From the NCBI GenBank assembly GCA_963704435.1, contig OY969902.1, positions 510,001-542,000 on the forward strand: 32,000 nt of DNA, written 5' to 3'. The position numbers and the translations under genes are program-made. Numbering within the stretch: position 1 is the first letter of the stretch; every line of letters starts with the position of its first letter. Source of the stretch: an uncultured archaeon (GTDB lineage Archaea > Micrarchaeota > Micrarchaeia > Micrarchaeales > CABMGC01). The notes below the pieces were generated by a model. It did no database searches and was not told the DNA's origin. It saw only the letters and a list, made by a program, of their open reading frames with translations. This document shows positions 26,262-32,000 of this stretch, in pieces.

Positions 26262-26831
26262 CTAAACCGCGAACTTCGTATAGACGAGGCTCAGGCTCGC
26301 GACCTGCTGGATCGTGCTTCCGTAGCCGGGTATGGTGTAGTTCAGCCACAGGTAGCCGGTGAATGCCGTTCCTATCGCGCCCGACGCCGGCGTCGAGGAC
26401 GCGTAGCAGTTCGGGCTCAGCAGCGTGCCTGCGTCGCTGGAAAGCGATATGCCATTCGTCGGGGAGGTCGTGATTCCGTTCACGGTGGGGTAGTACGCCA
26501 CCGTGTTGGTGACGAATATGTTGCCGTACGCGGGGCCGTTGCCAATTGAATTCGATTGGGACGCGCAGGCGACGCCGTTGATTACTATCGGGCCGCCGGT
26601 TGCCTGGGACAGCGTCACCGCCAGGGCCCCCGTTGTGTTAAGGGCATAGGTGTCGCACGAGAACCCCGGGACCGCGGTGCACGTGTAGGATGAGAGGGTG
26701 GGGTGTGAGAAGCTTATCTGGTATATCGCGGCTATCGCTATGGCGATCACTATGAGCGCTATGCCGTAGGACATCAGGAAATCGACCGAGGCCTGGGCCC
26801 CTACGGCTTTTCCTCGATGCTGCGGACCCAT
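26262..26831 (-). CDS. Type IV pilin-like protein (class III signal peptide)
   Basis: MGPQHRGKAVGAQASVDFLMSYGIALIVIAIAIAAIY has a basic N-terminus, a Q-A-S-x-D-F-L motif and a hydrophobic helix, followed by a Cys-containing beta-rich domain. The ATG lies 10 nt after the rps2 stop, with GAGGG spanning the stop. Confidence 0.65.
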   Translation of the reverse strand: MGPQHRGKAVGAQASVDFLMSYGIALIVIAIAIAAIYQISFSHPTLSSYTCTAVPGFSCDTYALNTTGALAVTLSQATGGPIVINGVACASQSNSIGNGPAYGNIFVTNTVAYYPTVNGITTSPTNGISLSSDAGTLLSPNCYASSTPASGAIGTAFTGYLWLNYTIPGYGSTIQQVASLSLVYTKFAV

Positions 26832-26841
26832 GCGCTTGCCC

Positions 26842-27459
26842 TCATCCCCTAGGCGTCATCTCGACCTTCGCCTCGAAGTCCGAAACCTTGTGCGTGAACT
26901 CGTCGTCGCCCTTGATGAGCCCCTTCTCCTTGAGGAATTCCCTCGCGAGGAGATAGTATATCAGCGCCAATGACCTCCTTCCCTTGTTGTTGCACGGTAT
27001 TATGAGGTCCACGAACTTTATCCAGTTGTCGGTGTCGCAGAGCGCGACCGAAGGGGCGCTTATCTTGCTCGCCTCCCTCACCGCCTGCCTCTCGTTCCTC
27101 GTGTCGCTTATCAGCACTATCTCCGGCTCGACGAAGTCGTCCCTGTTCGGGTTCGTGAATACGCCCGGCATCACCCTTCCGCTTATCAGCTTGGTCCCGG
27201 TCAGCTCGGAGAACTTCTTCGCGGGCGCGATTGCGTATATCCTGGAGGCGGTCGCGACTATGCTCCCCTGGTCGTACGATGCCAGCAGCTTTGCCGCTGC
27301 CCTTATCCTCTTGTCTATGGACTCGATGTCGAGCAGGTAGAGGCCGTCGTCCCTCCTCTTGTAGATGAACCTGCTCATCCCGGGGGTCCTGACCCTGGTG
27401 CCTATCTGTATGCCTGCCTCCAGGTACTCCGACTGGTTTGTGAGCGTCTCCTCTTCCAT
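26842..27459 (-). CDS. rps2: 30S ribosomal protein S2 (uS2)
   Basis: YLEAGIQIGTRVRTPGMSRFIYKRRDDGLYLLD, LISDTRNERQAVREA and IPCNNKG blocks. ATG at 27459; the track start is a TTG. Confidence 0.9.
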   Translation of the reverse strand: MEEETLTNQSEYLEAGIQIGTRVRTPGMSRFIYKRRDDGLYLLDIESIDKRIRAAAKLLASYDQGSIVATASRIYAIAPAKKFSELTGTKLISGRVMPGVFTNPNRDDFVEPEIVLISDTRNERQAVREASKISAPSVALCDTDNWIKFVDLIIPCNNKGRRSLALIYYLLAREFLKEKGLIKGDDEFTHKVSDFEAKVEMTPRG

Positions 27460-27583
27460 TGTAAAACCTGAAACCCTGCGCAATCTCCGCTTACTTTCTT
27501 CAGTATGAACATTCTTCGCTTCATCTTAATAAACCAGCGCTGTTTATGCCGGCCCTTTACGTTTTCCTGTAATGAACGACAAT

Positions 27584-27677
27584 CGGGGTCGCCGAGATTT
27601 CCAACTACGTTGCAGTTTTTGAACTCGGGTCATGTGCTCCCTAAGCACAGAGCCTATCCAGGCTAGCAGACGACCCC
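27584..27677 (-). tRNA. tRNA-Pro-like (anticodon AGG as encoded) with a 20-nt intron (27598..27617) in the T-loop, position 59/60
   Basis: Minus-strand fold: GGGGTCG/CGACCCC acceptor, G73. D arm TGCT-AGCCTGGATA-GGCT (T10:T25 mismatch). Anticodon stem TGTGC/GCACA with loop TTAGGGA. T stem CCGAG/CTCGG. T-loop TTCAAA+T after excising the intron. TATA-like agataaaaac lies about 25-33 nt upstream. Confidence 0.7.
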
Positions 27678-27724
27678 GCGCAGATATATTGGCGAGGGAT
27701 GTTTTTATCTCTATCGTCGCCGCG

Positions 27725-27925
27725 CTACTTCCTCCCGTAGCTCATTATGTCGTCTATCAGGTCGACGTGGCTGACGAGCATCCTCCTGCAGCAGTACCTC
27801 TTGACCCCAAGGTCGTCGAGAACCTTGCTGGGGTTCTCCTTGTCGACGTTGACCCTGCGGTTGTACTCCTCCCACTTGTCCGCAACCACCTGTCCGCAGG
27901 AAAAACATCTAACGGGTATCATCAT
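27725..27925 (-). CDS. rpoN: DNA-directed RNA polymerase subunit Rpo10 (RpoN)
   Basis: M(M)[12 protein letters not shown]...[15 protein letters not shown] overlaps the rps9 stop. The start is ambiguous between the ATGs at 27925 and 27922; the track GTG is at 27931. Confidence 0.9.
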   Translation of the reverse strand: MMIPVRCFSCGQVVADKWEEYNRRVNVDKENPSKVLDDLGVKRYCCRRMLVSHVDLIDDIMSYGRK

Positions 27926-27934
27926 ATGCACACC

Positions 27935-28471
27935 TCACCTGTAGGACTTCTGGAACCTGGCCCTCGCCTTCGGCCCCTTGTACTTCTTGGGCTCGACGCG
28001 CCTGACATCGTCCACCATCATAGTCCTGTCGTAAGCGTAATACTCCTTCCGGACAGCGTCGTCCGGCGCAGCCTTCGCGATGGCCTTGGCGATCGCGCTC
28101 CTGGCGGCCTGCGCCTGCCCGCTGACCCCGCCCCCGCGCACGGTTATGCTTATGTCGGATCCGCCGGCTATCTCCCTCGTCGCCCCGGACACGTTGACCG
28201 GCTCGAGTATGAGATCGCGCAGCATCCTCGGCTTGACGGTCCTTATGTCCATGCTGTTCACGGTTATCCTCTCCATCCCCGGAGCGAGCGCCGCTCTGGC
28301 TATCGAGGTCTTCCTCCTTGCCATGGCGATTATGATGTTCGGCCTCTTCCTGGCCGGGCCCGCCCTCTTCGCAGGCGCCCTCTTCGCCTTCGGCTTCGCC
28401 TGCTGCTGTGCCACTACCCCTGCCAGCTCCCTGTTCAGGTTGTCAAGGTTCTTGTCGTCGTTGACCATCAT
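27935..28471 (-). CDS. rps9: 30S ribosomal protein S9 (uS9) with a ~40-aa basic N-terminal extension
   Basis: RRKTSIARA...ITVRGGGVSGQAQAARSAIAKA...KARARFQKSYR. The ATG overlaps the rpl13 TGA (ATGA). Confidence 0.9.
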   Translation of the reverse strand: MMVNDDKNLDNLNRELAGVVAQQQAKPKAKRAPAKRAGPARKRPNIIIAMARRKTSIARAALAPGMERITVNSMDIRTVKPRMLRDLILEPVNVSGATREIAGGSDISITVRGGGVSGQAQAARSAIAKAIAKAAPDDAVRKEYYAYDRTMMVDDVRRVEPKKYKGPKARARFQKSYR

Positions 28472-28956
28472 CTCGCCCCGTATCCAAGCCTCTGCGTCAG
28501 TTCCTTCACGGTCACAGTGGTCTCGAAGGTCTCTTTCCTGTTCTTGAACTCGAGCTTGCCCGCGTTGACTGCCGGGACCCCGTGCGGCGTCCCAACGTAG
28601 ACGGTGAGCCTCCTGAACGCCTCCTTGCCCTTCGGCCTCTTGTAAGGGAGCATTCCCCTAACCACCCTCTTGACCAGCAGGTCCGGCCTCCTTGACCAGT
28701 ATGGCGAGTGCTCGGGATTTGCCTTGTCCACCAGCTCGAGCTTCCTCTTGTAGCTTGCGGTCAGCTGCGTCGCGTGCCCGCTCATCGCCGCCTTCTCCGC
28801 GTTGACCAGTATCACCGTGTTGCCCTGCAGCAGCAGCTTGGCGACGCTGCTGGCCAGCCTCCCGAGTATCTTCGAATCGCAATCTATGACGTATTCCTTG
28901 GCCTTCGCCTGCTCAGTCTTCACTGGGCCAGCCCGCCTCTGGTAGTCCTTCCTCAT
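28468..28956 (-). CDS. rpl13: 50S ribosomal protein L13 (uL13)
   Basis: VIDCDSKILGRLASSVAKLLLQGNTVILVNAEKA...RGMLPYKRPKG. The ATG at 28956 overlaps the rpl18e TGA (ATGA). The longer track ORF is an upstream extension. Confidence 0.9.
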   Translation of the reverse strand: MRKDYQRRAGPVKTEQAKAKEYVIDCDSKILGRLASSVAKLLLQGNTVILVNAEKAAMSGHATQLTASYKRKLELVDKANPEHSPYWSRRPDLLVKRVVRGMLPYKRPKGKEAFRRLTVYVGTPHGVPAVNAGKLEFKNRKETFETTVTVKELTQRLGYGAR

Positions 28957-29312
28957 ATGATCAGCCTCGCCTTGCCGCCCTTGAGGATCTCCTCCAGGGA
29001 CACCGTGCTGCACCCGGCCTTCTTGAGCTTCTGCAGCGCCGAGCCGGAGTACTCCACCGCGCAGACGCTTATCCTCTTGTCGATCTCGCCAGTGCCGAGC
29101 ACCTTGCCGGGGACGATGACCCTGTCCTCCGCCTTGGCGCACTTCGATATCTTGCCGACGTTCACGACCACCCTCTGCCTCTTCGGCCTCGCCGCTAGCC
29201 TGTGGATGTCGCCGTAGAGCTTCTCGCCCTTCTTCCCCTTGCTGGCCTCCGCCAGCCTATCGAGGAATCTGAGCAGGTTCTCCTTCTCTATTCTTTCTGG
29301 ATTCTTTTTCAT
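28953..29312 (-). CDS. rpl18e: 50S ribosomal protein L18e (eL18)
   Basis: MKKNPERIEKENLLRFLDRLAEASK...RPKRQRVVVNVGKISK...VIVPGKVLGTGEI. The ATG at 29312 lies 13 nt downstream of the tRNA-Leu 3' end. The track extension would overlap the tRNA. Confidence 0.8.
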   Translation of the reverse strand: MKKNPERIEKENLLRFLDRLAEASKGKKGEKLYGDIHRLAARPKRQRVVVNVGKISKCAKAEDRVIVPGKVLGTGEIDKRISVCAVEYSGSALQKLKKAGCSTVSLEEILKGGKARLII

Positions 29313-29324
29313 GAAATGCACCGT

Positions 29325-29423
29325 TGCGGGGGATGGGATTTGAACCCATGCAGGTTCTAAACCACAGGAGTTCTGAATGGGTTCCTCAGTCCTGCGCATT
29401 TGGCCAAGCTCTGCCACCCCCGC
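29325..29423 (-). tRNA. tRNA-Leu (anticodon GAG), class II, with a 13-nt intron (29371..29383) at the canonical 37/38 position
   Basis: Minus-strand fold: GCGGGGG/CCCCCGC acceptor, A73. D arm GCA-GAGCTTGGCCAAA-TGC. Anticodon stem CAGGA/TCCTG with loop CTGAGG|intron|C. Long variable arm TGGTTTAGAACCTGC. T arm ATGGG-TTCAAAT-CCCAT. Confidence 0.85.
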
Positions 29424-29424
29424 G

Positions 29425-29994
29425 TTACTTCTTCAGTTCTTTATGTATCTCTTTCAGATCGCTGCTTATTATATCTAGTGCTCTCCTTGCTATCTCTACA
29501 GACTGCATCTGGCCAAATGACTCTATGTAGAACTCAAAGTCTGAATCGTTCTTCGCTTTGTAGGATATAATCCCGGGCTGGAACTTCGCGCTCCTGCTGC
29601 CCGCGCCGAGCACCGCCTTGCAGTCCGCCCTTATGCGCTGCCCATCGGCGAGCTTTATGATCGGTATGTTCCCGTTCGCGGCCGTGACCTCCTTGTCGCT
29701 GCTCTTCAGGTCCTTCGAATAGACGGTGCCCGGGCCGTCGGATTCCAGCGACAGCACGACCGAGTCGGTCTCGCCGTAGCCCTTCGGGGTCAGCAGCGGC
29801 ACGAGGCCTATCCTGTGCGCTATGTACTCGTCGAACATCGCGCTGGAGTTCTCGTAGAACGTGACGGAGTCGACGGCGAAGCAGCCGACCGACGCCGTGG
29901 CGATGCGCCTTATGGCGTTCGCTAGCGCATACGTGATGCCGCTGACGTCGATTCTCACGACGCCGGGTAGATTCTCAATGATGCTAACTTTCAT
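29425..29994 (-). CDS. rpoD: DNA-directed RNA polymerase subunit Rpo3 (RpoD), short form without the Fe-S domain
   Basis: ALANAIRRI, DEYIAHRIGLVPL and the alpha-like dimerisation pattern. 189 aa with only two Cys, so no 4Fe-4S motif. The stop is 1 nt from the tRNA-Leu 5' end. Confidence 0.85.
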   Translation of the reverse strand: MKVSIIENLPGVVRIDVSGITYALANAIRRIATASVGCFAVDSVTFYENSSAMFDEYIAHRIGLVPLLTPKGYGETDSVVLSLESDGPGTVYSKDLKSSDKEVTAANGNIPIIKLADGQRIRADCKAVLGAGSRSAKFQPGIISYKAKNDSDFEFYIESFGQMQSVEIARRALDIISSDLKEIHKELKK

Positions 29995-30075
29995 CAGATC
30001 AGCAAAAATGAGGCAAATGCCTTTAAGCTATTACTGCGTTAAAATTATTTAAACGTTGCTTTGCGGGCGTATGGC

Positions 30076-30663
30076 ATGGATTTCTGGGGAATTTACAAAA
30101 ATTCGGAGATGTCTCCGGGTTTCGGGCAGGCGAGGCTGACGCTCTGCGCGAGGGACAGGATACATATTTCCAACTCCGCGATCGCGGATTACTGCACCCC
30201 GATTGGGCCGGACACCGGATTCTCCAGGAAATACGACGAGAGGTCGAGGTACGTCCTCGCCGGGGACCTGACCTATGACCTGCTGGTCTCGATTTACGAC
30301 GTGAATTCATCGCGCGCCTTCCTGCTGAGACTATCCAATCCCCTGAGCGAGATCGCGTTCAAGAGAGTGGCGGCCACCATTAAATCGCTGGCCAGGCCCA
30401 ACCTCGAGATGCGCGTCATAGGATTGCAGAACGGCGCCACGGGTCCGCTGGGAACGGTGCGCGAGCTGATCAAGCATGCGAAGTTCAGCCTGCAGGAGGT
30501 CGACATCTTCGGCGTGGAGATGAGGAACGTGGCGTTCGACCTCAAGCAGGGGATGGCGTTCGACGTGCTCCTTCTCGACAGGCCGTACGCCAGGGGCGAG
30601 CTGGTCAACAAGGCGAAGAGGGAGGAGTTCGACGCCAAGAAGTCGGAGTTCAAGCTCCAGTAG
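30076..30663 (+). CDS. Hypothetical protein; family not recognised
   Basis: The first in-frame ATG at 30076 lies about 25-35 nt downstream of aaaattatttaaa (30041-30053). The 3' end overlaps convergent thpR by 14 nt. Confidence 0.45.
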   Translation: MDFWGIYKNSEMSPGFGQARLTLCARDRIHISNSAIADYCTPIGPDTGFSRKYDERSRYVLAGDLTYDLLVSIYDVNSSRAFLLRLSNPLSEIAFKRVAATIKSLARPNLEMRVIGLQNGATGPLGTVRELIKHAKFSLQEVDIFGVEMRNVAFDLKQGMAFDVLLLDRPYARGELVNKAKREEFDAKKSEFKLQ

Positions 30664-31216
30664 CAGGGGGCGGGGACTGCAGCTTCAGCTCGAGCAGGTC
30701 GGTGTAGACCGGACCCTCAGCGCCAAGCACGCTCTTCTTGAGGACCACTGACCTGGCCTCGAAGGAACCGAAGTCGGTCTGCGCGCGCTCGTTTATAGCG
30801 CGCAGCAGTTCCTGGCGGTCCCTGACGCGCTTCGCCCTGGCCACGGTCATGTGCGGCGTGAAGCTTTCCTCTTCGAAGGCGATGCCGCCCTTGGAAAGCG
30901 CGTCGCAGAGCCTCTGCCGCAGCTCGAGCAGTTCGGCAGCGCCCTCCTTCACCTCGGCGAACACGATCTTTATGAAATCTGGAGAGAAGCATGAGACCCC
31001 CTTCAGGGAAATCCTGAAAGGCCGGAATTCCACGCCGCTGATCGCCGATGCCGCCCTTTCTGCATCGCCTTCGCTTATCTCTCCGAGGAACAGCAGCGTA
31101 AGGTGGACCGCCTCCCTCTTCGCGAATACCAATCCCGGGAAGGCCATGCCGTACTTCAGGTCCTCGACCTTGTCCTTCACCTCGGCAGGCACATCGATCG
31201 CTATAAACGCCCTCAC
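30650..31216 (-). CDS. thpR: RNA 2',3'-cyclic phosphodiesterase / 2'-5' RNA ligase family (2H phosphoesterase)
   Basis: Two HxTx motifs (VHLTLLFLG and PHMTVARA) with about 90-aa spacing. Apparent GTG start at 31216. Confidence 0.8.
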   Translation of the reverse strand: MRAFIAIDVPAEVKDKVEDLKYGMAFPGLVFAKREAVHLTLLFLGEISEGDAERAASAISGVEFRPFRISLKGVSCFSPDFIKIVFAEVKEGAAELLELRQRLCDALSKGGIAFEEESFTPHMTVARAKRVRDRQELLRAINERAQTDFGSFEARSVVLKKSVLGAEGPVYTDLLELKLQSPPPATGA

Positions 31217-31238
31217 ATGAAAACCTATTAATCCTCAA

Positions 31239-31606
31239 ATGGCTATTCCTGTTATGCTTCAGGAAGACGGGATTAAAAAGATTAGCCTATTGGAGTTCGC
31301 GGGCGCCGATATCAGGGTGGGCAGGATACTCGATGTGAGGGACCATGAGGGCGCCAGGAAGCCGATGTACGTGCTCTCCGTGGGATTCGGCGCCGAGATC
31401 GGGTCAGGCAGATCGTTGCAGGCATAAGGGAGTTCTACACCAAGGAAGAGCTTATCGGCAAGAAGGTGGTCTGCGTGGTGAACCTCGATCCGAAATCGAT
31501 CGCCGGGGTGGAGTCGGAGGGAATGGTGCTCGCCGCTGAGGGCGGAGATGGGGTATCCCTGCTCGTTCCTGACAGGGACCTTGAGGAGGGCAGCAGGGTG
31601 CGCTGA
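31239..31606 (+). pseudogene. tRNA-binding-domain protein (CsaA/Trbp111-like), interrupted by a 1-nt frameshift near 31401-31404
   Basis: Frame A (31239..31427) reads ...DIRVGRILDVRDHEGARKPMYVLSVGFGAEIG. The homology then continues in the -1 frame: (V)RQIVAGIREFYTKEELIGKKVVCVVNLDPKSIAGVESEGMVLAAEG...GSRVR*, ending at 31606. Adding one extra g to the ggg run at 31401-31403 would restore a single ORF. Confidence 0.7.
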
Positions 31607-32000
31607 ATGGTGATAGCGGTGACGGGGATGCCGGGCGCTGGCAAGAGCGAGGTCGGCAGGGCGCTTGGCAGGATGGGCTACCGCGTCTACGAGCTCGGCG
31701 ACGTGGTCAGGGAGATGATGAGGGAGGGCGGGGTTCCCGCCACGCGCAAGTCGACCGCAGAGTTCGCAATCATGATAAGGAAGAAATATGGAAAGCTCGT
31801 GACCATGAAAAGGCTACTGGACACGCTGAAACTAAAGCGCGGTGACAAGGTGGCGATCGTCGGGGTCAGGAGCGGCGTGGAGGAAGCATACATAAAGAAG
31901 AGGACTGGAGCTACCGCCATCGCGGTCGTTGCGCCGCTCGGCCTTAGGTTCAGGAGAATAAGGGCGAGGGGAAGGTACGACGCGCCGAAGACGCTTAAGG
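31607..32000 (+). CDS. UPF0200-family P-loop nucleotide kinase-like protein (partial; runs off the window)
   Basis: My own translation from the ATG at 31607: MVIAVTGMPGAGKSEVGRAL...LGDVVREMM...VAIVGVRSGVEE...LRFRRIRARGRYDAPKT. P-loop plus UPF0200-like blocks. No stop before the window end, so it is absent from the ORF track. Confidence 0.75.
   Translation, partial: MVIAVTGMPGAGKSEVGRALGRMGYRVYELGDVVREMMREGGVPATRKSTAEFAIMIRKKYGKLVTMKRLLDTLKLKRGDKVAIVGVRSGVEEAYIKKRTGATAIAVVAPLGLRFRRIRARGRYDAPKTLK

Noticed and set aside
26176-26349. N-terminal extension of the mcm ORF in the track, overlapping the pilin gene
   Set aside because: The extension has no MCM-like sequence and overlaps a supported gene. 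The ATG at 26175 has a TATA box at the correct distance.
27495-27515. A third-locus occurrence of AAGCGAAG upstream of rps2 (minus strand), plus a 40-codon ORF starting there
   Set aside because: A single 8-mer match is expected by chance in 64 kb of two-strand sequence. The small ORF overlaps the rps2 start out of frame and has no supporting features.
29313-29417. N-terminal extension of the rpl18e ORF in the track (start at 29417)
   Set aside because: The extension is the reverse-strand reading of tRNA-Leu. The conserved L18e sequence starts at the ATG at 29312.
31398-31406. Programmed -1 ribosomal frameshift in the CsaA-like gene
   Set aside because: No slippery heptamer and no obvious downstream pseudoknot or hairpin. 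A 1-nt loss in a G homopolymer (error or mutation) is the simpler explanation.

Overview
GC-rich archaeal chromosomal segment. Archaeal markers include Rpo3/Rpo10 RNAP subunits, MCM, a family-B DNA polymerase, class III signal-peptide pilins and bulge-helix-bulge (BHB) tRNA introns. Most of it is housekeeping. Left to right: tRNA-Ala; a nucleoside deoxyribosyltransferase-like gene; a wHTH regulator plus grpE-[LAGLIDADG ORF]-dnaK-dnaJ; a presenilin-type intramembrane protease; a membrane-anchored wHTH protein divergent from a MacB/FtsX-type ABC module carrying a surface protein; two tRNA-Arg; two orphan genes; polB; tldD/pmbA; map; class II RNR nrdJ; rnhB; a PRC-barrel gene; an orphan; a LamG-tailed pilin; mcm; a second pilin fused onto the end of the rps2 transcript; tRNA-Pro; rpoN-rps9-rpl13-rpl18e-tRNA-Leu-rpoD; an orphan; thpR/ligT; a frameshifted tRNA-binding-domain gene; a partial UPF0200 kinase. 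The items most worth a second look are these. (1) An intact, strongly AT-rich free-standing LAGLIDADG homing endonuclease gene sits precisely between grpE and dnaK, translationally coupled on both sides, and its foreign composition spills into both chaperone genes. (2) tRNA-Ala and tRNA-Pro carry BHB introns in the T-loop (position 59/60), and the tRNA-Pro has an A34 (AGG) anticodon. (3) A one-component-like locus: a transmembrane wHTH protein with a large glycosylation-sequon-rich ectodomain and a 7x 18-bp tandem repeat (six perfect copies, one with a single mismatch), divergent from an ABC exporter module. The two promoters are mirror-symmetric, each with a pair of AAAGCGAA repeats 12 nt upstream of its TATA box. 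No CRISPR array, rRNA, transposase or intein was seen. All calls come from reading the sequence and ORF translations by eye; no database search was run.
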